Shown piece after piece: positions 37,721 through 45,653 of a stretch of 64,000 nucleotides of DNA. Below the pieces are notes generated by a model. It did no database searches and had not been told where the DNA came from. It saw nothing but the letters and a program-made list of their open reading frames with translations. Source of the DNA: a virus (lineage: Duplodnaviria; Caudoviricetes). The stretch's first letter is position 1; each line of letters opens with the position of its first letter. The stretch is from positions 1 through 64,000 of the IMG/VR virus record IMGVR_UViG_3300009682_000003. The stretch is one strand, 5' to 3'. Both the position numbers and the translations under genes were made by a program.

Positions 37721-38469
37721 CCTTTGCCTCCAAGGAACCACGGCCTCACGCCAGCGATGAGCAAGCCGCCAGTCGCTACGGCAACGATCGCGAAACCCAA
37801 GGCGGCGCCCTTCGCCGCTACTTCGTCGTCCCACCGCAGCGAGCCGCTCTCCCAGCCTGCAAGAAGCACTGGCTTGATCGTTCCCACGACGCCGCTTGGC
37901 TGCTGCCACGAGTAGCCGTGCGCCACCGCTGTGTTGTACGCCGCCAGGATCTTGTTGACGTAACCGCAGTCGGTCTTGAGCCCCCACTGATCCTCGTCGC
38001 AGCACACGATCGTGCCGTCCTTCTTCTTGCGACAGTACACGCCGCACCGAGGCTTGCCGGCGTTGTAGGCCGCAGCGGAACTCACGAGGTTGCCATTGTA
38101 CCGCTTCAGGTTCGAGGCGATCAGCTTCGCTCCGAGGTCGACGTTGACGAACGGTTCCGTCGCTGCGTCCTTGTCGACCGGCGTTCCGGCTGGGATACCG
38201 GCGAGGCCGTTGTACGTCTCGGGCATGAGCTGCATGAGCCCGAGCGCGCCGGCCCAGCTCACTGCGTTCGCGTCGCCCCCCGATTCGACCGCCATGAACG
38301 CAGCGATGATCGCCTGCGGCACCCCCCTGCGCTCGCTCACTTCGTCGATGATCGAGCGCCAGCGATCCACGCCGGTCGGCCACCGTGTCGTCTGCGGGTA
38401 GGTGCCGCCGACCGAGATCCTGCCATCGGGTTCGAGCACCGCGACGGCCTCCGTGCACGGGCTTTTCAT
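37708..38469 (-). CDS. Lytic transglycosylase (SLT) with C-terminal TM anchor
   Basis: MAVESGG, GALGLMQLMP, NVDLGAKLI, AAAYNAG. Confidence 0.93.
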   Translation of the reverse strand: MKSPCTEAVAVLEPDGRISVGGTYPQTTRWPTGVDRWRSIIDEVSERRGVPQAIIAAFMAVESGGDANAVSWAGALGLMQLMPETYNGLAGIPAGTPVDKDAATEPFVNVDLGAKLIASNLKRYNGNLVSSAAAYNAGKPRCGVYCRKKKDGTIVCCDEDQWGLKTDCGYVNKILAAYNTAVAHGYSWQQPSGVVGTIKPVLLAGWESGSLRWDDEVAAKGAALGFAIVAVATGGLLIAGVRPWFLGGKGWLS

Positions 38470-39275
38470 CGCTTCCACTTCGACCTCCACGCGAGCGCTG
38501 CGAGCCCGGCTGCGACGACCAGGCCCACGCCAACGATCACGGCGGTTCCACCGGGGCCGCCGCCAGGCTTCGCTTGATCCGTCGCCCACGGTGGCGCTCC
38601 CTGCGTCGGAGGGTTCGCCCACCTTTCGATGATCGGGGCAGCGAGCAGCTTTGCATGCTCACCGTGGCTGATCGTCGTCCCGAAGTCGGCGTACAGGAAC
38701 GAGCCTCGCGTGCGAACGCTCAGCGGTTGCGGCAGATCCTTGGGCCAGTAAAGCGCGCCGTCGTCGAGCGGCTCGATGCGCTGGAGCATCCACTTGACGT
38801 ACTCGTTGCACGACGAGTAGTTCGCACCTCCGAAGCCGCTCGCGGTCACGACCATCACGCAATCGCCACGCACCGCGCGCTGAGCCGCTGCCAGGTAGCC
38901 TTCCTTCGTCGCGCCGTAGTAGCTGTCGAAGAGCATCACGGCGGACACGCGATCGGCGCTTTGCTTCAGGATCGGGTTGAGCAAGCCGTGGCCTGCGCTG
39001 AAGCTCGCAAGCGTGACCTTGCCGGCGTCGGTGATGCCCGACTTCGCCAGCAGCGCTCCGAGGATGTCGCTACCGAGCGACGAGGCCAGCCTTCCGAACG
39101 CCGAACTTCCGATGCACGACACGGTGTGCTCGGTCGTCCAGCCTGCCATGCTCCCCGCGCAGTCGTACTGGTCGGAGATCCCCTTGTTCACCACGAGCAC
39201 GACGGTGGGCTGCCGCCACTTGACGGAGCGAAGCTCGCCAGAGATCGGGCCTGCCCACACAACGGCGTCACGCAC
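38466..39275 (-). CDS. Alpha/beta-hydrolase-like protein with C-terminal TM anchor
   Basis: VTLASFSAG nucleophile elbow, VMLFDSYY, late His (SHGEH). Confidence 0.6.
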   Translation of the reverse strand: MRDAVVWAGPISGELRSVKWRQPTVVLVVNKGISDQYDCAGSMAGWTTEHTVSCIGSSAFGRLASSLGSDILGALLAKSGITDAGKVTLASFSAGHGLLNPILKQSADRVSAVMLFDSYYGATKEGYLAAAQRAVRGDCVMVVTASGFGGANYSSCNEYVKWMLQRIEPLDDGALYWPKDLPQPLSVRTRGSFLYADFGTTISHGEHAKLLAAPIIERWANPPTQGAPPWATDQAKPGGGPGGTAVIVGVGLVVAAGLAALAWRSKWKR

Positions 39276-40428
39276 GAGTCACCGCCTGCGCCACCTTCAC
39301 CCCGAGGTAGCCGGCGGCTGCTCCGATTGCGAAGGACAGCGCGGCGCCAGCGGCGCTTGTGCCCTCTTCCTTGGCGCCGGGCACGGTCGGAGGCGTTCCC
39401 GCTGGTGGCGTGTTCGTTGCGGGAGGGGGCGTCGCTCCCGACGCCCAGCGCTTCCAGTTCAAGCTGTAGTCCTGCGTGCCGTTCCAGTCCTGCTTGGGGA
39501 TCGTCACCCCGCCTGGGTTCACTTGTTCGCAGTCGCTGGCGGGCGGCTGTCCGACGCCAGCGATCATGCCGGTGATGCACACGCCCTTGTTCGGGTCTTG
39601 CTCGTTCCAGCGATCGACAACGAGCTTCTCGAACACGCGAGGCAGCACGCGCAGCGCCTGGTACTTGTGGTCGCCCACCCCGGTGGGATCGAGGTTGTTG
39701 AACCCCATGATCACCATGCCGTTCTTCTTGATGTAGTACCTGTCGGGGCTGTGCGTGTAGATCGTTTGCGGATAGGACACGCCGCCGGGCAGCTTGCCCG
39801 CAGGCGCGACATACGGTGGCACCTCGTCCACGTCGTAGGTTCCAGGCGGAAGCTCCTCCCAGTCCTCGGGCCAGTCACCGAGAGCATACAAAAGGATCAG
39901 CGCCGCGGTGCGCGTGGTGCTCGCGAACTTGTACGGCGGGTAGAGCTGGTCACCGATCGCGCTGTGCGTGATGATGCAGTGACGCCTGCCGATCGGCGCC
40001 TTCGAGTCAGCGGGAAGCCCGTTCGCGGCGATTGTGGCGAACTCGATCCACGGAGCGAGCGCTGGGATGCTCACGTTAGACCTGTCCTTGTTCGGCTCGC
40101 CGTTGAATCCGGCGTGGATGCCGTCGATCGCGACCGCGGTGTCTACCAGGCCGGCGTCTTGGCTTTTGAGCAGCTCGCGCACGCCCTGGCACGACTCGCT
40201 GAAGCCGAGCAGAGCAACGCGCGCCGGCTGCACCTGGGTGCCCAGCTTGTCGCGCACGAGCTTGCGGATCGGCTGCGGCCCCCAGCTCGCGACTTGCTCG
40301 CGGTAGCCTCGGTTGGGAGGCGTGGGCACGGTGATGAAAACGACGGGGCGCTGGAACTTCGCCTGCACCTCTTTGGGTACGGAGGCGAAGCTCCACGAGA
40401 TCACGACGTCGCGTTGTTCGGTTGCCAT
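39268..40428 (-). CDS. Alpha/beta-hydrolase-like paralog with C-terminal TM anchor
   Basis: VALLGFSES, AVAIDGIH, IITHS, GDHKYQ. Confidence 0.6.
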   Translation of the reverse strand: MATEQRDVVISWSFASVPKEVQAKFQRPVVFITVPTPPNRGYREQVASWGPQPIRKLVRDKLGTQVQPARVALLGFSESCQGVRELLKSQDAGLVDTAVAIDGIHAGFNGEPNKDRSNVSIPALAPWIEFATIAANGLPADSKAPIGRRHCIITHSAIGDQLYPPYKFASTTRTAALILLYALGDWPEDWEELPPGTYDVDEVPPYVAPAGKLPGGVSYPQTIYTHSPDRYYIKKNGMVIMGFNNLDPTGVGDHKYQALRVLPRVFEKLVVDRWNEQDPNKGVCITGMIAGVGQPPASDCEQVNPGGVTIPKQDWNGTQDYSLNWKRWASGATPPPATNTPPAGTPPTVPGAKEEGTSAAGAALSFAIGAAAGYLGVKVAQAVTRA

Positions 40429-40436
40429 GGCTCACC

Positions 40437-41942
40437 TCACCCGTACATGGGCAGCATGGGGTACGGGCTCGGATAGCCCATCATGCCGCCGTAGCGGCGG
40501 CGCGAAGAGAACGCCGACACCGCGTACACGAGCGCGGCGGCGGCTCCCAAGCCCACAACGGAGATCCCCACGATCTTCGCGGTTTGGGCGAACTCGGTGA
40601 GCGGGTCGTGCTTTTGCGTCTCGGCCTGTGCGGCTGCTTGCTGCTGTGCGGTTTCGCCCAGCGAGCGCATGAGCCGCTCGACCTCTTGGGGCGTGTAGCG
40701 CTTCGACAGCTCGGCCTGGTGCTCGATGAGATCCTTGCGCCTCCTTCGCTCGATGTAGTCCTTCGCGGTGCTCGCGGCGGCAACCACGGCAATGGCGCCC
40801 GCGATCGTCGCGGCGATCACGATGATCACGACGCCGGCTCCGATTTGCGGCGCGGCCCCAACGAAGCCCGCTGGGATCACGCTCGCGACCGTCTGGTCGT
40901 TCGAGGTCAGGATGATCTCTCCGTCTCCCTTTACGTAAACGGCTGGCTCGTACGAGTAGGCGACGGGTCCGGTCCTGCCGGTCGCCTGATCCGTCTCGAC
41001 GCGGCGCTTGCCGTCCGCTGCGTCCTTCGAGTAGGCCGCGGTGACGGTCGCGATCTTGTCGAGGTTGCGCAAGCGGTCCTCGTGCTCTTGTGTCCACTGT
41101 CCCTCGCCGCCAGCGTACACGTACTGGTCGACGACGGGCTTGCCCATCGCTTCGCGCGTCGCGCGCATAAGCAGGTAGGAGCGCACGAGGTCGCCCTGCG
41201 CCTGCCTGAGCTTGCCGTACACCGCAGCAAACGCCGCTTGCGTCGCGGCGAGATCCTGCCCCGTCAAGGGCACCAGCTCAGTTGCCATGGTTCCTCCAGT
41301 TGCTGGCTGGCCTACGCCAACCGCGATGCTCGGTGGGCTCCCAACCCCGACGAAGTCTCCGTTCACCCTCGGCTTGAGAGCCGGCGGCGAGGCGTCACAG
41401 CGGCCCGCCCGATCGCACAGAACTTCCAGCTCGGGGACGCTGACCCAAACCTCTTGCGAGGGAGGCCGGCTCGTGCCGAAAGCGAAGCGCGCGGACGGGT
41501 CCGCGTAGTGCCACTGGTGGCCGTCCCAGGCCGAGGCAAGGACGTGTTCGAGCGCGGTGTCCTCGTAACGGTGCGCGACGACGGCAGCCCTGATCCCGAC
41601 CGATTCCCACGCCGCCACGAGCGCGACGACGAGGTCGTCGCAATCCCCTCCGTTCAGCGTGAGGCCTTCGCAGTCTGCCACCACGCAGTCGGCGGCGACG
41701 ATAAGCTCGGCGTCGACCGGGTCGGGCACGTAGATTTTTTCGCGCACCAGGCCGTCGTAGATCGCGCGCGCTCGCTCGAGCGTCGAGGTGGGAGAACCGG
41801 CCTCCCTGATCTTGTCGATCGCCCACTTGCGCACCCACACGTTGCGGCGACCGCTCGCGGCCTTCTCTGCTGTCTTCCACACCGATCGCCAGGCCCCCAC
41901 CTGGCCTCTTGGGTGCGTGCCCAGCTCGACGCGCGGAGACAT
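40437..41942 (-). CDS. Transglutaminase-like (papain-fold) putative protease fused to a two-TM membrane domain
   Basis: GGDCDDL (Cys), EHVL (His), WHYADPS (Asp); TMs in C-half. Confidence 0.8.
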   Translation of the reverse strand: MSPRVELGTHPRGQVGAWRSVWKTAEKAASGRRNVWVRKWAIDKIREAGSPTSTLERARAIYDGLVREKIYVPDPVDAELIVAADCVVADCEGLTLNGGDCDDLVVALVAAWESVGIRAAVVAHRYEDTALEHVLASAWDGHQWHYADPSARFAFGTSRPPSQEVWVSVPELEVLCDRAGRCDASPPALKPRVNGDFVGVGSPPSIAVGVGQPATGGTMATELVPLTGQDLAATQAAFAAVYGKLRQAQGDLVRSYLLMRATREAMGKPVVDQYVYAGGEGQWTQEHEDRLRNLDKIATVTAAYSKDAADGKRRVETDQATGRTGPVAYSYEPAVYVKGDGEIILTSNDQTVASVIPAGFVGAAPQIGAGVVIIVIAATIAGAIAVVAAASTAKDYIERRRRKDLIEHQAELSKRYTPQEVERLMRSLGETAQQQAAAQAETQKHDPLTEFAQTAKIVGISVVGLGAAAALVYAVSAFSSRRRYGGMMGYPSPYPMLPMYG

Positions 41943-41945
41943 GGC

Positions 41946-42329
41946 TCACCCTCCGTAGCGCAGGTTGATCGTGTGCATCGGCGGGTGATAGCTGCCGGTG
42001 TGGGGCGTAACCGGAATCCAGCCGCACCTGCCCTTGACCAGCACTTCCGCCTCGTCGACCACGGCCTGCGTCGACATGCACTTGCCCTGCACGCAGGTCG
42101 GCAGCCCTGCCGCAACCATGGCGCTCGCGAGCATGAGCGACGCCCTTGCGTCGCCCCCTTGGATAGCCTGGACGAACGGGGCGGCTATCGCCTGGGAGGC
42201 GTCAAACGGGTCAATGGCCCTCGCGCGGGACAGCACAAGGTGCACCCACTGCTTGAGCTCTGGCCGCATCGACGCCTGCCAAACGTCGCTGCCCAACGTC
42301 CTGAACGAGCATGCGCTGCACGGGAACAT
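41946..42329 (-). CDS. Possible inactive transglutaminase-like paralog
   Basis: GGDARASLMLASAMVAAGL...EAEVLVKGRCGWIPVTP parallels the neighbour with Cys and His lost. Confidence 0.45.
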   Translation of the reverse strand: MFPCSACSFRTLGSDVWQASMRPELKQWVHLVLSRARAIDPFDASQAIAAPFVQAIQGGDARASLMLASAMVAAGLPTCVQGKCMSTQAVVDEAEVLVKGRCGWIPVTPHTGSYHPPMHTINLRYGG

Positions 42330-42356
42330 GCCATGACGTTACACCAGCGCTGGCCG

Positions 42357-44318
42357 TCAGCCAATGTTGCCGAGGAGTGACGCGAGCGAGCCCACCATTT
42401 GCTGCGCTGCCGCTTGCTGCTGCGCGGTGGGTTGCTGCGGTGGCGGTTGCTGGGGGGGGGGTTGCTGAAACTGCGGAGCCGGGGGCCTCTGCTGCTGCGG
42501 GGGGACGACTCCAGAGGTGTTCACTTGCGGGATCGCGCGAAGCAACGGAGCGACGTTGCTCACGTACTGGCGAAGCTCGTTGTACCGCTGGTTTGTCTCT
42601 TGGAGCTGCGCGACGAGCTGGCGCGTCTGCTCGCCCTCCGCAGCCTCGGCTTGCTTCTTCATGAACTCGGCGTAGCCCTTCAGCGCGCCGAAGATATTGT
42701 CCATGTTCAGGCCGAGCTGGTCGACCAGCCCCATGGGCTTCTTGGTGACCGGGTCTATCGCGGTGCGCCACCCGTTGCGCTCGATGATGGCCGACTCGTC
42801 GCCCTCTTTCGCCGCCGAGGCGTTCTGCTGCTGCTGCGGCTCGATCTCGCGCATCATGTTGCGCAGGTTCATGACGAGCGACAGCGCCTGCTGCGCCGCC
42901 TCGACCGGGCCTGGCGGCGGCTGCGCCGGCTGCTGAGCTTGCTGCTGCGGCTGCGCCGGCTGCGCCGGCTGTTGCGGCTGCGGTGGCTGTTGCGACCACT
43001 GCTGCTGAACCCACTGTTGCTGCTGCCACGGGGGGAGCTGGAAAACCCAAGGCGGGATCTGTTGCACCCACGGTGGGAGCTGCATGGTCTGCTGCTGTGG
43101 GAACGGCTGCCCGATCTGCCCTTGCTGCCAGGGGGGCTGGCCCCACTGCCCTTGCTGTTGCTGCCAGGGGGGCTGGCCCCACTGCCCTTGCTGTTGCTGC
43201 CACGACTGCTGGGGCGCGCCGAACCCTGGCTGCGGCTGCTGGGCCGCTGCCCTAGCTTGCGCTTGCGCGGACTCCAACACCGAGGAGATCCGGTCCTCCA
43301 AGTCGTCGAGCTTCGCGCGCAGCATTTCGGCCTCTGGGTTGGGCGGCGGCGGCGGCGGCGGCGCTTGTGCAACCCCAGCCGCAGTAGGCTGCGCCGGGTG
43401 TTCGGAGGCCTGGGAGCTGCGCTTCGCGACGTCCGCCACCTGCTGTGCGAGCTGCCACATTTGCCACTGAAGCAACGTCCACTGCTCTCGCTCTTGCGCA
43501 GACTGTTGGGCAGGCGGCTGTCCCCACCCGCCTTGCCCCCACTGCTGCGGAAACTGCTGCGGCGGGAACTGCTGCGGCGGGAACTGCTGGGCCTGCGGCT
43601 GGCTCGGCGTCGGGACCGGCGGCTGAGCAGGCGCCGGGGCCGGGGGTGGTGGCTCGGGAGCTGCTGGCGCGGGCGCCGCAATATCCCGCGCGTAGCTCGC
43701 CAGCTTCTGTGTATCGTACGATGCAGGCCAGGGCTGGTGCATCCACGGGGGCATTCCGTTTCCGCCTTGTGCCCAGGGTGGCGGCTGCATCCAGGGCGGC
43801 ATCTGTGCCCACCACGGTGGCTGCTGCTGCTGCTGCTGCGGCTGTTCCTGCCTCGTCGGTTCCTGTCGGGGAGGTTCGCCCATCATTCGCTCCTTCCAGC
43901 GGCGCTGCGCCTCGGGGTTCGCGGCCTTGACGATCTGGTCCTGCGCTCGAACGATGATGGGGCCGTCGTGGATCTTCCACTCGAAACTTGCTTCCTCGCC
44001 GTTCCAGTACCGCTCTTCGATATGCCGCGTTAGGTCGTCGTACTGGGGCACCGCCGCGAGCGGCAGGCTGAAGCAATGCGCCTCGATCGGCCTCACCTGC
44101 GTGACAACTACCTTGAGCGCGCCGCCGTAGGCGCGCATCACTGGGTTGTATCGCATCGCTCCGCGGTTCTTCCACGACACGCGCGGCTTGCCGGCTTGCT
44201 TCTGAGCGATCACCGACGCGGCGATCTCGCTCTCGCGCTTGGAGTCTTCGTCGAAGTACTCGGGCGTGTCCTGCTCGTCCTGCACCTCGTCGTCTTCGTC
44301 GTCGTCACGCTTCGCCAT
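42357..44318 (-). CDS. Gln/Pro/Trp-rich low-complexity protein with coiled coils
   Basis: Acidic start, folded N-domain, QQQQGQWGQPPW repeats, helical C-part. Confidence 0.8.
   Translation of the reverse strand: MAKRDDDEDDEVQDEQDTPEYFDEDSKRESEIAASVIAQKQAGKPRVSWKNRGAMRYNPVMRAYGGALKVVVTQVRPIEAHCFSLPLAAVPQYDDLTRHIEERYWNGEEASFEWKIHDGPIIVRAQDQIVKAANPEAQRRWKERMMGEPPRQEPTRQEQPQQQQQQPPWWAQMPPWMQPPPWAQGGNGMPPWMHQPWPASYDTQKLASYARDIAAPAPAAPEPPPPAPAPAQPPVPTPSQPQAQQFPPQQFPPQQFPQQWGQGGWGQPPAQQSAQEREQWTLLQWQMWQLAQQVADVAKRSSQASEHPAQPTAAGVAQAPPPPPPPNPEAEMLRAKLDDLEDRISSVLESAQAQARAAAQQPQPGFGAPQQSWQQQQGQWGQPPWQQQQGQWGQPPWQQGQIGQPFPQQQTMQLPPWVQQIPPWVFQLPPWQQQQWVQQQWSQQPPQPQQPAQPAQPQQQAQQPAQPPPGPVEAAQQALSLVMNLRNMMREIEPQQQQNASAAKEGDESAIIERNGWRTAIDPVTKKPMGLVDQLGLNMDNIFGALKGYAEFMKKQAEAAEGEQTRQLVAQLQETNQRYNELRQYVSNVAPLLRAIPQVNTSGVVPPQQQRPPAPQFQQPPPQQPPPQQPTAQQQAAAQQMVGSLASLLGNIG
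43117..43203. repeat. 36-bp tandem repeat encoding QQQQGQWGQPPW
   Basis: ccccactgcccttgctgttgctgcca at 43141 and 43177. Confidence 0.9.
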
Positions 44319-44330
44319 GCGAACCTCTTG

Positions 44331-44684
44331 TCATGGGGGTGTGGGGCAAGGATCTTGATCCCGAATGATCTCGACCTCCTTGCAGGTCGCCGCGGAACCA
44401 ACCGCGATGCTCCCGGTGAACGTGTCGCGCAGCACGGCCTCTTGCTGGCTTTCGAGCGGGTAGTACGCGAAGAACTCGGGCAGCAGCTCGACGCACAGGG
44501 TGCGGACAACAAGCCTCGGAGGCCCTGCCTCGGTCTGCGTCGCATCGGTGTGCGTGATGATCCCTGTCAGCTCCGCGGCCTGCACCGCCTTGCCCAGGTC
44601 CACGTTCTGCACGCGCTGAAGGGCCTGCGCGTCCGTCGCGTACTCGATCTCGAACTTGTGGTGGATGCGTGCGAACTCAGCCAT
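44331..44684 (-). CDS. hypothetical protein
   Basis: GGAGG RBS; coupled. Confidence 0.65.
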   Translation of the reverse strand: MAEFARIHHKFEIEYATDAQALQRVQNVDLGKAVQAAELTGIITHTDATQTEAGPPRLVVRTLCVELLPEFFAYYPLESQQEAVLRDTFTGSIAVGSAATCKEVEIIRDQDPCPTPP

Positions 44685-44973
44685 GACGTTGTCTCCTCCT
44701 CGCGACCTCGCCCAAGACGTGGAGGCCGAACTCAGCCGCCTTGCCCCAGTCGATGTTCAGGCCGCGTCCAGCTCGTAGCATGGCCGAGATCGCGCTCGCG
44801 AGCGATTCCGGCACGACCTCGTTGTCCTCGGCGTTCGCGACCGGGCTCACCCTTTTCGCTTGGATTTGCACTTCCCAGGCGTCTGTGACGCCGCGCCTAG
44901 CAGCGACGACAAGGTACACATCGTGCCCGGGTAGTGCGCGCTCGATGGCTCGCCAGAATCCTTTGCTCCGCAT
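44677..44973 (-). CDS. hypothetical protein
   Basis: MRSKGFWRAIERAL...; overlaps the RHH ORF. Confidence 0.55.
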   Translation of the reverse strand: MRSKGFWRAIERALPGHDVYLVVAARRGVTDAWEVQIQAKRVSPVANAEDNEVVPESLASAISAMLRAGRGLNIDWGKAAEFGLHVLGEVARRRQRHG

Positions 44974-45149
44974 AGCTTCGCTCGCAGTTCCTGTTCTTGG
45001 ATCGCGAGGCGCATCACCGCCTCTTCGATGATCGCACCCAGCGACGCCCCCCCGCGGCACGACTGGAGCTCCACCAGCACCTCCTTGCAGCGGTCGCTGA
45101 TCGTGATGCTGGTGTGGTTCCTGCGGGGCTTGCCACCCGCAGGCTTCAC
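44847..45149 (-). CDS. Ribbon-helix-helix (CopG-like) regulator candidate
   Basis: HTSITISDRCKEVLVEL...SLGAIIEEAV; the 3' overlap with the next gene is doubtful. Confidence 0.55.
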   Translation of the reverse strand: MKPAGGKPRRNHTSITISDRCKEVLVELQSCRGGASLGAIIEEAVMRLAIQEQELRAKLCGAKDSGEPSSAHYPGTMCTLSSLLGAASQTPGKCKSKRKG

Positions 45150-45574
45150 GGCTCGGCCTGCTGCGCCTGGGCGGGCTGCTCTGGCTCGTCCTGTTGCTCG
45201 GGCTGAGCCTCGGGTTCCTGCGGCTTCAGGTCGGGCTGGTCGTCCTCGGGCTCCGTCGAACCGAGCTTGAGGATCTCGCGGGCGATCTCGTTCTCGTTGA
45301 CGAAGCTGTCCTCGCGCACGACGTGGTCGCGCTGGATCTCCGTCACGATGTTCACGCCCGAGGCCGCGTAGGGAGATCCAGGCATGCCCTTGCTGATGAC
45401 CCAGTAGACCTCGTCGCCCTGCTCACGGACGAACGAGGTGATCGCCGTGATGAAAACAGGCTCTTGCGGGTCTTTGTCGGTCGCGGTGGGAAGGGGCTGC
45501 TGCACGCGGTACAGCTTGCCCTCGCGTGTGGTGATTTGTGCGATCTGGCGCCCTAGCTCGATCTGCTCGCTCAT
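45146..45574 (-). CDS. hypothetical protein, acidic/Gln tail
   Basis: ATG downstream of a TTGACA promoter. Confidence 0.65.
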   Translation of the reverse strand: MSEQIELGRQIAQITTREGKLYRVQQPLPTATDKDPQEPVFITAITSFVREQGDEVYWVISKGMPGSPYAASGVNIVTEIQRDHVVREDSFVNENEIAREILKLGSTEPEDDQPDLKPQEPEAQPEQQDEPEQPAQAQQAEP

Positions 45575-45584
45575 GAGGGCATGA

Positions 45585-45611
45585 GACACCAACGGCACAT
45601 TCGGTGTCAAG
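45585..45611 (-). promoter_or_regulatory. Promoter/operator: TTGACA on the minus strand overlapping a GACACC-N12-GGTGTC inverted repeat
   Basis: gacacc 45585-45590 and ggtgtc 45603-45608. Confidence 0.5.
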
Positions 45612-45653
45612 CATGTGGAAACGTGTGCCGGATTAGGCAACGTTTTCCGCCGC

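Noticed and set aside
25771-44318. Contractile injection system, tailocin or host secretion-system locus (because of LysM and SLT)
   Set aside because: No sheath, tube, baseplate, VgrG or secretin-like genes were recognised, and the flanking genes are viral replication and modification functions.
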